In this document: positions 43,380 to 53,646 of the stretch, one piece after another
Position numbering within the stretch: the stretch's first letter is position 1
Layout of the letters: each line of letters starts with the position of its first letter
NCBI GenBank assembly: GCA_963813715.1
Contig: CAWFAK010000004.1
Location: 1 to 64,000 of the forward strand
DNA length: 64,000 nucleotides
Origin: an uncultured Planctomycetaceae bacterium
Lineage (GTDB): Bacteria; Planctomycetota; Planctomycetia; Planctomycetales; Planctomycetaceae
Direction: 5' to 3'
Program-made: the position numbers and the translations under genes
The notes under the pieces: generated by a model
What the model saw: only the letters and a program-made list of their open reading frames with translations
What the model was told of the DNA's origin: nothing
The model's database searches: none

Positions 43380-43418
43380 GGCTTTCTTATTGAGTCAGTT
43401 GATCGCGTTCGCGCGATT

Positions 43419-44525
43419 TCAGACGACGTCGCAGTGTTCTTGCGCAACGTGCGCTGAGGTTTCCGCCCCGCATATTTCCGCACTGCGCAATTCGGTCCAT
43501 AAATACGCCAAAGTCGATTCGGCTCCCTGGTTCCGATTCAGGCCCGAGGCCTGTAATCCGTCGCAGCAAGCGCCGTCCGACGCGTCGACGAGTGGTTGCC
43601 TCAAGCTGTTTTCGCCGTAGAACCAGGCGCGCGCCCTGCGGAAGGTCGAGCGGTACCTCTCATCGCCCAGCAGGTCTAAGCCGGCGAGTGCCGCGTCGGC
43701 CATTGTGGAGGCTTCCACCGGCTGCTGATCGTAGAGCGCCTTGTCTTCTCCGTGCGGGTACCAGTCGTCATTTCCAACGGGCCAGAAAATTCCGTCGCTC
43801 GTCGTCTCCGCTTCGAGAAATGCAAACGCGGATGCGGCGACATCGAGAAACCCGTTCCCCTGCCAAAGCTGGGCGGCGACGAACAGGGCGTGTGGCAACA
43901 CCGCATTGGCATAAGTCATCCGCGATTCGAACCACGGCCAGTCACTCCGCATCGAGCGGTTGTAACACTCGACCAGTCGCAGAGCCGCCGACCGCGCGAC
44001 GCTTTCGATCGCGCTAATCTCCTTTGCCCCCTGTCCCCACAGATGGCCCCAAGCCAGGATCACGTAGGCCTGAGCGCGGAAGCTGCGCAGCTCGGCTAGA
44101 GCCGGGAGAACCGCTTCGATCAACTCCCGCGCCAAGAGCCGGTAGCCCTCCGGCAGAGAGCTGCCGGCGACCTCGGCGAGCGCGATGACCGCCTGACCCT
44201 GGCAATCGCCGGTGCCTTCCGCATCGAGCCAATCTCGCTGGTAACTCAGGAAGTTGTGGAATCCGCGAACCGGGCAGCGGGCGTGTTCCAGAAAACTCAG
44301 GTAGCGCGTCACGCGACCGAGCATTTGCTCGTTCGGATCGCGGGCCCAGAGTCGAGTGCACAGCCGCAGGGCGCGGGCGTTGTCGTCCGTCGTGTAACCA
44401 CTTTCGCGTCGCGGAATGCTGTAAATCGCATGTTGAATCAACCCGGTTGAGTCGGTCATCCGGTCCAAGTGACACAACGGGATGCGATGAGAGATCCCTT
44501 GCGGGATGACATGGCCGTCGGACAT
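43419..44525 (-). CDS. (alpha/alpha)6-type glycosyltransferase-associated protein
   Basis: HLDRMTDSTGLIQHA, GYTTDDNARAL, DQQPVEA, NRNQGAESTLAYL. Confidence 0.85.
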   Translation of the reverse strand: MSDGHVIPQGISHRIPLCHLDRMTDSTGLIQHAIYSIPRRESGYTTDDNARALRLCTRLWARDPNEQMLGRVTRYLSFLEHARCPVRGFHNFLSYQRDWLDAEGTGDCQGQAVIALAEVAGSSLPEGYRLLARELIEAVLPALAELRSFRAQAYVILAWGHLWGQGAKEISAIESVARSAALRLVECYNRSMRSDWPWFESRMTYANAVLPHALFVAAQLWQGNGFLDVAASAFAFLEAETTSDGIFWPVGNDDWYPHGEDKALYDQQPVEASTMADAALAGLDLLGDERYRSTFRRARAWFYGENSLRQPLVDASDGACCDGLQASGLNRNQGAESTLAYLWTELRSAEICGAETSAHVAQEHCDVV

Positions 44526-45775
44526 CAGAGACCTCCCCCCAAAAGTTTAGCGCATCGCGCCTTGCCGCTCGATTTCGTCAGGGCGCTGCGAACAGCACGC
44601 CGCGGGGCTGCATCGTTTGCGGAGGCAGCGTTTGCAAAGGCAGCGCTTCTAAAACAGTCCAAATACTGACGGCCCACGTTCGGCCAAAACATGAGCTTCG
44701 CGTAGCTGTGGGCGCGGTGTCCGGTCTCCGCCCGAAACTCGGGGTTGTCCAGAAATCGCAAAGTCGCGTCGGCCAGAGCATCGCTTTGTGCGAAGGGCAC
44801 GATCAGGCCGCGACCCTCGGCCAGGACCTCTTCGGCGTACAGGTAGGGCGTGCTCACGACCGCTCTTCCCGCCGCCAGGGCATAGGCCAAAGTGCCGCTT
44901 GAAATCTGATCTTTTCCGGGGTAGGGCGTCACGTAAACGTCGCAGGCTTGCAAGTGTTCCATGAGTTCGTCGAGCGCAAGGAATTTGTTCACGAAGTGCA
45001 CATGCGCGCCAACACCGAGCGCGTCCGCCCGCGCGGCCAGGCTCTCCCGATAGACTTCTCCCTCGCGTCGCTTCACTAACGGATGTGTGACTCCGACCAC
45101 CAGATATTGGGCTTGCGGATGGGCCTGCACGATGCGGGGCATGGCCTCGATCATGTATTCAAGGCCTTTCCCGCGGTTAATCAGGCCAAAGGTACAGATC
45201 ACCTGACGATTGGCGAGTCCCAGCCGGGCCTTCTGTGTGTCGTCTCGCGCGGACGCGACCACCGGGACGCCATGCGGAATGATTTGCACCTTTGCTCCGG
45301 CGACGCCGTAAACCTGATCGAGGAGCCTGGCAGCCACTTTCGTCATCACGATCAGGCTTTGGCTCTTGGCCGCCAACTCCCGAATGATGAGCCAAGGAGC
45401 CGGAGCCGGCTTGGTCATCAGCGTGTGGAACGTCGTGACAATCGGCTTACGGCACGCACGCACAAAGTCCAGCACGTCGCCGCCCCAATCACCGGGGTAG
45501 AGGCCGAACTCGTGCTGCAGACTCACCACATCGCACGGACCGTCGTTCGCCACGTCTGCCGCAAGGGTGTAGGCTTCGTCGCAACTGTTATCGATCACGT
45601 GGACGACGCGCGGATCGTCATAACTGAGCGACGGGGTCTTCAGGATCGCAGCCGACGAGGAAATTGGCTCGCCTGCCGCAAGATCCACCGCATCGGCGGT
45701 GTCCTTGGTGAAGGTCGCCAGCCCACACTCTTCAGGCGGGTAGGTCGACACAAACAGCGGTCGAACGAGATCCAC
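44525..45775 (-). CDS. GT4 glycosyltransferase
   Basis: [37 protein letters not shown]. Confidence 0.9.
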   Translation of the reverse strand: MDLVRPLFVSTYPPEECGLATFTKDTADAVDLAAGEPISSSAAILKTPSLSYDDPRVVHVIDNSCDEAYTLAADVANDGPCDVVSLQHEFGLYPGDWGGDVLDFVRACRKPIVTTFHTLMTKPAPAPWLIIRELAAKSQSLIVMTKVAARLLDQVYGVAGAKVQIIPHGVPVVASARDDTQKARLGLANRQVICTFGLINRGKGLEYMIEAMPRIVQAHPQAQYLVVGVTHPLVKRREGEVYRESLAARADALGVGAHVHFVNKFLALDELMEHLQACDVYVTPYPGKDQISSGTLAYALAAGRAVVSTPYLYAEEVLAEGRGLIVPFAQSDALADATLRFLDNPEFRAETGHRAHSYAKLMFWPNVGRQYLDCFRSAAFANAASANDAAPRRAVRSALTKSSGKARCAKLLGGGL

Positions 45776-45802
45776 AAGGCGCTCCGTGAAAAAGTGTGCG
45801 TT

Positions 45803-46165
45803 CTAGACCATCGACCGCTGATGAACGCCATGATTGCGGTTTCGAGAGTCACGATTGCGCGTCCGGATGAATTGCGTGCCGAAGTTGTACTCGGCCCCGA
45901 TGATGAGGCTCTTGGAGGAGCAGGAGACACAATGACGTTTGGCGGTCGGCGCCGTGTTCCAACTTCCGCAGGCTCCGCAGAAATAAGCCACGAGCGCGCT
46001 CGCGCCGCACGTGCATCGCCCGGGACGAAGCCGACTGGTGGAGACGATTCTCTTGCAATGACGGCAAGACCAACGATAGAGAGGCAGCCGCAGCCAGGCG
46101 TAGGTCCCTCCCGCTAGAGCTAAAACGCAGCCACCGGCCACGACCATCCACGTCTGAGGATTCAT
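45803..46165 (-). CDS. Membrane-anchored Cys-rich (zinc ribbon-like) protein
   Basis: AAGGAG RBS, TM, CRHC/CTC/CGAC/CVSC. Confidence 0.65.
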   Translation of the reverse strand: MNPQTWMVVAGGCVLALAGGTYAWLRLPLYRWSCRHCKRIVSTSRLRPGRCTCGASALVAYFCGACGSWNTAPTAKRHCVSCSSKSLIIGAEYNFGTQFIRTRNRDSRNRNHGVHQRSMV

Positions 46166-46274
46166 TCCAACCGACTCCTTCTTCCGTCACATTTGCAGGA
46201 TCCGGCGATAACTGCCCAAGGCACTCGTTGCCGCAAACGAACGCGAACTGGCTCGCCCACGCGGGCACGGCAAC

Positions 46275-46380
46275 AAAAAAAGCCGACGCGGCAGAACACG
46301 TGAGAGTGTTCTGCCGCGTCGGCTTACTCAGCAACGAGCCCCCCGAATCGGCCGGGTTGCCCCTTCTTTAGTCATCCGAC
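46275..46380 (-). ncRNA. Candidate cis-regulatory leader RNA, copy 3 (diverged)
   Basis: GTCGGATGACTAAAGAAGGGGCAACCCGGCCGATTCGGGGGGCTCGTTGCTGAGTAAGCCGACGCGG..CCGCGTCGGCTTTTTTT; compensatory changes. Confidence 0.75.
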
Positions 46381-46977
46381 AGCGATCGCTGAAGGCGATC
46401 TCGATGTCTCAACAGGATCAAGTGTAGCTCAAAGAGCCGTGGATGCATAGGAGCGTGCGCCGCCGGTTGCCCAAAGTCAGTCTTCTTGCGGAGAGGCGAT
46501 GCTGCAGAAATACAGCGAAGCCGTCCACGAAGGGGGGCAAAACGACCCCGCCCAGCTTAAAGGGAATCGCGACGGGCCGGGCCGGCAAAAACTGACGCGT
46601 ACGATGAATAACAGCCGGCACCAGCCGTTTGCCGCACTATCACTTGTGGGCATCGGTCAATCGTCTCAATGGTTATTTGAGTCGCATCATAGTTTCGAGG
46701 GCGCTCGTGGCTTCACATTCTTGCTCGGCCGGTTACGGTGCCAATCTCAAGCTCCCCTCGCCCGCGCAAATATGTTCTTCAAATGGAACGTACCGGATTC
46801 GACGAGTTTCCAGGAATCCGACTTCGATCACCGCCTTGATCGGTGGTCGAATTCGGACAGTGCGCGCGGTAATGATGCGCCAGACCCCGGGGCAGTCCAT
46901 TCTCGGAAAAGGCTTGATGTTCCGGAATTCGACAGCCGACCTTGTCCGATTTGAATTGCCCAAAGAGGTCGGAGTGT

Positions 46978-47424
46978 TCACTTCGCCTTGGTCAGCCAGC
47001 GATCGAATTGGTCGGCGAATGCTTGCCGGTGTCGTGCGCTGAAATTCGCTGGTCCGCCAGTGATCAGGCCTTCGCCGCGCAGTCCATCTAACAAATTTCG
47101 GGCGGCAAGTCGCTCGCCAACATTCGCATCGGTGTACAGTTCGCCGTGGGGATCGAGGGCTTGGCCCCCTTTCGACACCACTTGCGCAGCGAGCGGAATG
47201 TCAGCCGTGACCACCAGATCTCCGGGTGCGACCAAGCCGACAATGTATTGGTCCGCGACGTTGACGCCCTCGCGGACGCAAACGCTGCTGATGAACGGCG
47301 ACGCTGGAGTACGCAGGGGTCGATTGGCGACAAGTGTCACCTTGATCTTGCGCCTCTTTGCGGCGCGATACAGCAACTCCTTGATTTCGCCGGGACACCC
47401 GTCAGCGTCGACCCAAATCTGCAT
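46978..47424 (-). CDS. YaiI/YqxD (DUF188) family protein
   Basis: IWVDADGCP, GDLVVTADIPLA, TGGP. Confidence 0.9.
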   Translation of the reverse strand: MQIWVDADGCPGEIKELLYRAAKRRKIKVTLVANRPLRTPASPFISSVCVREGVNVADQYIVGLVAPGDLVVTADIPLAAQVVSKGGQALDPHGELYTDANVGERLAARNLLDGLRGEGLITGGPANFSARHRQAFADQFDRWLTKAK

Positions 47425-47666
47425 GTCGCAGGTCCGTATGCCCTCTCTCACATTTGCGAACTCAATGGTCCATTCCTCGACACTTCGGCGCGTGCTCTCG
47501 GCAATGGGCAGAGTGCCGCCTCAAGGGCCCGACCGCCCTGATACGTCTCTAACGACTGCGCGACTGAACGGCCAGCAGGCGTCGGATCTAACGGCGTTTT
47601 CCTCTCACCATGCGATCTTCAGATCATCATACGTCGTTGTCCGGTGTCGCTCCCGAGCAACCCGGC

Positions 47667-48233
47667 CTAGGACGCCTCATAGGCCTTCTTCAGCCATCCC
47701 AGAAGTTCCTTATTTATTTCCGCAGTCTTGGAGAGACGCACGCGGTGGCTGACCATGGCATTGAAACTGCCAGACGCCTCAAGCCGCCCCATCGGATCTG
47801 TGCCCTTCAGATTGATGCCTACATCCAGGCGGGTCGCCGTGGAAGGCTGGAGTATGGCAAACTGCTTGTTTCGGCGCAGGCTGACATAAGCCTTCTTGGG
47901 AGAAACCTCGATGTCGTTGCCGAACCCCTGAATCTTGGTCAGCAACTGGTCGTAAAGCGGACGCAGCCCCGCCTTGGCCCCGGCATACTGAGCGTCCACA
48001 AGAGCACCGGTGTCGCTGGCTGTGTGGCTGTCCGACTGCAAGGCTTGCAAGGCAATCATGTTGGCAAAGCCGTGTGTCAGGCCGTGTTCTTCCTTGAGCA
48101 GCTTCATGAATTCCTTGTGTTTGGATAGCTTGCTGCCGCGGACGATCGCCAGCCATTCTTCGAGTGATTTCCCAGTTTTCTCGGCCATTCCCGCAATCAT
48201 GGCTGCTTTCATTGCTTCCGGCGATTTGGCCAT
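47667..48233 (-). CDS. DUF4287/DUF5655 domain protein
   Basis: KTGKSLEEW..LKEEHGLTHGFAN; PKKAYVSLRRNKQFA..WLKKAY. Confidence 0.85.
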   Translation of the reverse strand: MAKSPEAMKAAMIAGMAEKTGKSLEEWLAIVRGSKLSKHKEFMKLLKEEHGLTHGFANMIALQALQSDSHTASDTGALVDAQYAGAKAGLRPLYDQLLTKIQGFGNDIEVSPKKAYVSLRRNKQFAILQPSTATRLDVGINLKGTDPMGRLEASGSFNAMVSHRVRLSKTAEINKELLGWLKKAYEAS

Positions 48234-48812
48234 CGGTGGATTCTCCTAGAGGACTGGGTTGATATTTCTCTGATCTATGATCCCACTCGGCGCTGACTGC
48301 TTCCGGCGAAGCGGCGGAAGACGAACGAATCCAACAGGCTCTTTTATTCTCAGGGTCAATCAACGGCAACTTCGTGAGATTTGCCTGTCACGGCGGCGCT
48401 TATCGTTCCTCAAACGGAGCGTCCCGGATTCCACGAGTTTCTGAGACTCACGTGCCGCCGACATGATGGCTGTCCGAAACCGGACAGGCGCAACGAAGTG
48501 ACGCGCCATTCCCGCAATTGGGTCGCCTTCCGGATTGGAAAGGAAAAGGAATGAGTTTTTGAAAAAAAGGCGCGCTGGTGCTCGTATTTGTAAATCATCG
48601 TCTCACCAGAACTTGCGACAACATCGACGATCGCGTAACAGGCTCAAAACGGTCGAGTAAACCCAAAACACCGGGGAAATCGATAGGTCGCTCTACCCGC
48701 TGGGATAACGCACCTCGTCAGTGATGATGAGGTTTTTTGTTGCGCTGACCCTTAGCGAAGGGCAGTCAATGAACAAGACACGAACTTCACGGTAAAGGAT
48801 GCCTTCAACCTT

Positions 48813-49295
48813 TTGGTCGCCTCGTTCCTTATCCTGATAGGAATGCACGTTGTTGAACTCAGTTGGCTTTGGTCGGTTGCGGCGTTGGCGGCATTCTGGT
48901 TTGGAATGATGGCTGCGGTCTCGCTCATGGTTTGCCAATGGGATTTGGCTCAGTGTCTGGGTGTTTGGCAATTCGTTCTTTTCGAGGGTCCCTATCGTTT
49001 GTTCCGGGAGAGATTCACAAGGCCTCTGAAAACCGATCCAGAATTGCAAGCGAAGCGACTCTCAGACGTGCTGCAGATCCCGCTCGTGGATGCGGAACTC
49101 GCACTGGAATTGAGCGAAGCTTTCTTTCGTCCGACCGACAAACCTGAGTTGAACGGCGAAGCGCTGGATCTCTTCTTGACCCCCGCTCCCCATAACGAGA
49201 CCTGGCGAACACGAGCGGCTGAGTGCTGTAAAAAGTTGCGAGCGCTTGAAACAAAACGGCCCGCTCTGGTGCATTCAACGCCACAGCGGGCCTAA
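48813..49295 (+). CDS. Membrane hypothetical protein (start uncertain)
   Basis: Two hydrophobic segments then soluble tail. Confidence 0.5.
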   Translation: MVASFLILIGMHVVELSWLWSVAALAAFWFGMMAAVSLMVCQWDLAQCLGVWQFVLFEGPYRLFRERFTRPLKTDPELQAKRLSDVLQIPLVDAELALELSEAFFRPTDKPELNGEALDLFLTPAPHNETWRTRAAECCKKLRALETKRPALVHSTPQRA

Positions 49296-49843
49296 CCATC
49301 AAGGCCGAATGCTGACGTACCCACCTGCCTCGCGTCCTATGGCTCAACTCGCTATTGGAGAACGCGATCCGCTCCGGTTTCTCCCGATCTGCGATGTGTC
49401 CCGTCCCGCCGATCGAAATGTTGTCCCGTCCCATTCGTGTCCGGTGCCCCGGGGGCCGGCGGGAGGGGTGGTCACCTACTTTGGTGGGTCGACAACCTAG
49501 TGAAACAAAGTGTCCCGACCCACCGGCCAATCTCTTTCCGCCTCTTCCTGGTCCCACGCCACCCCACCCGGTACTTCGGCAATTGAATCGGCGGGGAGTT
49601 CAATTTCCCGGGTTTTCTCGGTGAAACAATGTGTCCCGTCCCGTGGGACCTTGGATTTCGGACCTTGGACCCGGCCTGGCGAAACATGTCCGGACCGGGA
49701 CTCGAACGTCGGAATTCGGGTCGCCGAGGTTGCCGGGGATCTTTTCGCTCTCTAGTGAAAAAGGATCCCCACCACCAGCAGGGCGTTTTGCTTTTGGTGC
49801 GGCCCCGTTCTCGGCCGTCCCCCGCTCCCGGTACAATCGCGGC

Positions 49844-50044
49844 ATGCCATTCATCGTAAAGGGAACCGGAAGAGACTTTGGCGTCCACTGGATTGTGCCA
49901 GGAGGTGCGGGATCCAGTACCTTCGGCGAACGCTCGAGCGCGACCATCTTTCCGACGCAGGCAAAGGCGCAGGCTGCGGCCGAAAAGGCGGCGAAGTCTT
50001 ACAGCGGGCTCGACATCAACTTCACTGTCGAATCAGCCCCTTAG
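49844..50044 (+). CDS. Small hypothetical protein, probably leaderless
   Basis: TACAAT 6 nt before ATG; MPFIVKG..WIVPG. Confidence 0.65.
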   Translation: MPFIVKGTGRDFGVHWIVPGGAGSSTFGERSSATIFPTQAKAQAAAEKAAKSYSGLDINFTVESAP

Positions 50045-50053
50045 GTAGCTGTC

Positions 50054-50260
50054 ATGCCATTCATCGCCAAACTGACCAAAGCCACACTTTGGCTAAGCAC
50101 CGCAAACGCAGCCGGAGTGCGGACGCTTACCGATCACGACGGCGCGGCCGTCTTCCAAACAATCGCCGACGCGCGGGTCGCGATCGCCAAATTGCCGGAA
50201 GTGTACCAGCACTTCGAGCTGACCTTCCTGGTCGAGCCGATGGGGCTCTCTGAGTTTTGA
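50054..50260 (+). CDS. Small hypothetical protein, paralog of 49844
   Basis: MPFIAK..WL..G.RT..A.VFQT.ADA..AI.K.P. Confidence 0.65.
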   Translation: MPFIAKLTKATLWLSTANAAGVRTLTDHDGAAVFQTIADARVAIAKLPEVYQHFELTFLVEPMGLSEF

Positions 50261-50316
50261 GGCACAAACGGCCAACCGGTTAGCGCGGTTCTTTGGGTGC
50301 CCGCTACAATGGCTGT

Positions 50317-50670
50317 ATGAGCCAACCCAAGCGCCTTCCGGTTCCGCTTCCATTCGGGGACGGCTGGGTCCTCGTGAAGCTTTCACAGCATCCAGCGGCC
50401 CCAGACCATTACTGGTCGCACGAGTCAGGATGGGTGCTGAACGCCGGGGCGGCAAAGTCGTTCGCGCTCAGTGGAGACGGCGCGACTACATGCAAGCGAA
50501 TTCGCCCCGGATGGACCAGGACTAGATTGGCCGCCCGTGGACTTTTTGTACAGCCGGCCGGCCTTCAGTTGTGCAGCCGGGCGTTCTGTTGTGCAAAACG
50601 GTTTCGTTGTGCAAAGCCACGTGTCCCGTCCCAGTCCCACTCGCCGGCCCTATTGATGACGTTTCGCTAA
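50317..50670 (+). CDS. Small hypothetical protein, probably leaderless, possible frameshift
   Basis: TACAAT 6 nt before ATG; VLVK..YWSHESGW..AKSF. Confidence 0.4.
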   Translation: MSQPKRLPVPLPFGDGWVLVKLSQHPAAPDHYWSHESGWVLNAGAAKSFALSGDGATTCKRIRPGWTRTRLAARGLFVQPAGLQLCSRAFCCAKRFRCAKPRVPSQSHSPALLMTFR

Positions 50671-50835
50671 CCTGCCCGCGCCTCGCGCACGCTTGCCGCC
50701 ACGAGCGCGCACGCAACCGCTCGCAACCGAAGCCGCTTCTTCCATTCAGCCACAAAATCCCGATTCATCCAAGATCAGTTTTCGTGGAATTCGGGATTTG
50801 ACGCCAGTCTTATTGCTTTGCTGGATGACTGGGCG

Positions 50836-51957
50836 TCACTTACCGCTCTGAGCGGTCGTCGACGTCAGGGGCCGAACGTCGTTGGCGAGGAGTTTCATGT
50901 AGACCTCAATCCCTGGGGCGTTGAGGTGGAGGTTGTCGTAGCAAAGCTCCCAGTCGTACCAAAGGAGAATCGGCAATCCGAAATGCAGACGAGGGTAGGC
51001 ATCCTGCAGGTCGTGCGCCCATTCCTCGACCGGAGTGAAGTCTTTCTCCTGCGATAAATCTCGCGGCATCGGCGAAAAACGAATCAAGAGCGGGATGTCG
51101 AGACTTTCACACCTTTCTTCCAGCAGGCGCACGCTGCGATCCCAGGTCGCATCGATCCGAACCGGCCGACCCGGCGTATCGAGTTGGATCCGCTTGCCGT
51201 GCAGTCCCGGCAGTGGATCAAAGCCACGGGAATCTTGCAGTTTACGTTGGGCTGTGCGAAACGAGTCGCCACCGCGGCCAACCATGGGGAGGTCGCGCAC
51301 GTCCACCCGCGGCTGCGCATCTAACGCCCAAACGTCGCTCCAGAGACTCAGTGAGCCACGCTTGATGAAATACCGCAAACTCTCTTGAAGCGGCATCAGA
51401 TCCGGCACCTCGGGTCCATAGTTGGCCTCGAGTCGCAACGGCAAGTCCGAGCGAATCCTCTCCGCGAGCTCGACTCCGTCGTATTCGAATGCCACCGGCG
51501 TCACACAGAGCACCACGACTTGTGGCCGCGGATGCCGCAAAAGATACGCCTCGGCCGTAATGAGCAGCCCGCTGGGCCCGACGCTCCCCAAGCTTCCCAG
51601 GTTGTACGCGCGCAACCCGGAGACGTGGCCGAACTGGATCGGATCGACATCGCAGCGGCAGGTACTGTCCCCCACAAAAATGACGTCGTTCTTCTCATTC
51701 GACCGCAGTGCATACTCCACGGGGTAGGCGACGATGGCTTCATCGTTTGTCGGCGGGCGCCGAGGCTCCAAGAATCGCAGATCCGAATCGATCTCCCTAC
51801 CGGCTCGGTATCCCACGACGAAGAGCGCGCCGAGGGTCGCCGTGACCACGAACAACGGAACCAGCGTCGGTGCAATTCTCGCCCAACTGATGCCGGACCC
51901 CTTCGATCTGGCCCCCGCCGACGATGTGCAGACGGGCGAATCAAGCGCAGTGTTCAT
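50836..51957 (-). CDS. Membrane-anchored SGNH-like protein
   Basis: TM, VIFVGDS, AYNLG, DNLHLN. Confidence 0.75.
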   Translation of the reverse strand: MNTALDSPVCTSSAGARSKGSGISWARIAPTLVPLFVVTATLGALFVVGYRAGREIDSDLRFLEPRRPPTNDEAIVAYPVEYALRSNEKNDVIFVGDSTCRCDVDPIQFGHVSGLRAYNLGSLGSVGPSGLLITAEAYLLRHPRPQVVVLCVTPVAFEYDGVELAERIRSDLPLRLEANYGPEVPDLMPLQESLRYFIKRGSLSLWSDVWALDAQPRVDVRDLPMVGRGGDSFRTAQRKLQDSRGFDPLPGLHGKRIQLDTPGRPVRIDATWDRSVRLLEERCESLDIPLLIRFSPMPRDLSQEKDFTPVEEWAHDLQDAYPRLHFGLPILLWYDWELCYDNLHLNAPGIEVYMKLLANDVRPLTSTTAQSGK

Positions 51958-52328
51958 GCTTATGATTTTGACGACTGGAGGCGAATTCCGCAGCGCGCAT
52001 TCTGAGGAGCGCACTTGGCGGCCGCACCGGAGTGGTGTTCACGGGCAATCAAACTTATGCACTTCCAAACGTCCGTTGCGCTCCTCGATGAAGCCATGAA
52101 TGGACTGACCGGATCGCGCAAAAACTCGGACTGGGGTCCACCCTCCGCCCCCGTGGCCGACCTCGGCTCCATCAATCCGCCGACAATCGTTGGAATTCTC
52201 CCCTTCACCCGGATTCTGACACCGCTTGCGACCCAATAGATGCGCCTGTCCCCTTTTATGGCATCTGGCTGCGCGCCAGCGATTCGAGTGCGACGCTCCC
52301 TAGCTGGCTGGGGAGCGATTCCGAATCA

Positions 52329-53367
52329 CTAACGGCCTCGCGGTTCCTTGCGCAGGGCTTCTTGGACGTCTTTGGCGACAATGGGCATGAAGGCCTCAGT
52401 GCCTTTGCGGTTCATGTGCATGTTGTCCCACATGGCGTCCAAGTCGTAGAGCGTGATGATCGGACGATAAACGCTCACGTTCGCGTGCCTGCTGCTGATC
52501 TCTCGCCCAGGTTTCGAGTTGGGTCCAATCGCGGGCGTCAGCATCCTCGCGAGAGATTGGGGTGAACTGAATCAGCAGGCGAGTTGGGGCACACGATTCG
52601 GCAAGGAATTGAACCCAACCATCCCAGTCCGGTTTGACAATGGTTTCCGGTCCAGGGCGCTCGGTGCTAGGCCTCGGTCGGCGGGCACCCGGGAGCTCCA
52701 TGTACCCTCGCGAGGCGAGCATTTTCGCCTGAAGCGAATGGAACGTGTCTCGCTCGTATCCATCCAACGGTACATCGAGGACGTTCTGACCCTCTTCACA
52801 AATACTGACCGCGCCACGACGAGCAAAGTAGGAAATGCCGTCGAGTTCGGAGACGACACCAGAAACTTCCGGGCCGTAATTGGCGGCGAACCGTGCGGGA
52901 AAGGCGCCGCCGATCGTTCCAGCATCCCTCTCAAAGCAAAACGGAGACACGCACATCACGAGTGCGCGTGGCTTGGGATGCAGAGTCAGGTATGCCATCA
53001 CAGTGACTGCCATTCCGTTTCCACCCAGCTTGCCACTGCTCCCCAAGTTGAACGCCTTCAGCCCAGTGATTCGCTGGAATTCAAGCGGATCAATGCCAAC
53101 TCTGCAGGTGCTGTCGCCGAAAAACACCACATCGTTGCGTTCGTCGGAATTCAGCGCGTAAGCGATCGGGTAAGCAGCGAAAGCTTCATCGATCGTGGGC
53201 CGGCGTCTCGGATCGAGCAAGCGGAGATCAGGTGGGATGCGGCGGCCGATGGCGTAGCACGCGCTAGCGAGAATCGCAAGCGTGGCGCCGAGGGATGCTA
53301 CTGCTATGCACCCGGAGCTGACCCGAGAATTGCGAAAGCATAGCGGCATAATTTGGCCCTCATCCAC
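52329..53367 (-). CDS. Membrane-anchored SGNH-like protein, paralog (frameshift near 52485)
   Basis: VVFFGDS, AFNLG, ANYGPEV, DNMHMN. Confidence 0.75.
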
Positions 53368-53646
53368 TTATCGTCCCCGTTCCCCCGTTTGAAAGAACCG
53401 CAATTCGCGGTTGACCTGGGCGCCGATGCCGGAAGTGGGCTGGCGGCCTGGCGAGAGATACCGCAGCTCGGGATCCACGCCCACGCCGGCGGCGAATCCC
53501 AGTCCAAACATGGTCGCGAACGTAAACCCAGCCGCGCAGACCGAGTGCACTGTCGCCTTCTGGCGTGGCGAGAGGTTTCGATAGAGCGTCCAGTTGATGA
53601 CTCGTATCACGCTGCTTGCATCATCGCGCCCGTAGACCGCATCCAC
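53368..53646 (-). pseudogene. Truncated third SGNH paralog (N-terminal part only)
   Basis: TM then VDPELRYLSPGRQPT, matching DSDLRFLEPRRPPT and PPDLRLLDPRRRPT. Confidence 0.5.

Larger units (their letters stand above)
49375..50792. repeat. Non-coding element copy B, interrupted by three small ORFs
   Basis: Collinear blocks shared with 32880-33692. Confidence 0.65.

Noticed and set aside
46733..46981. SymE-like toxin
   Set aside because: The signature G.WL..AGF is absent
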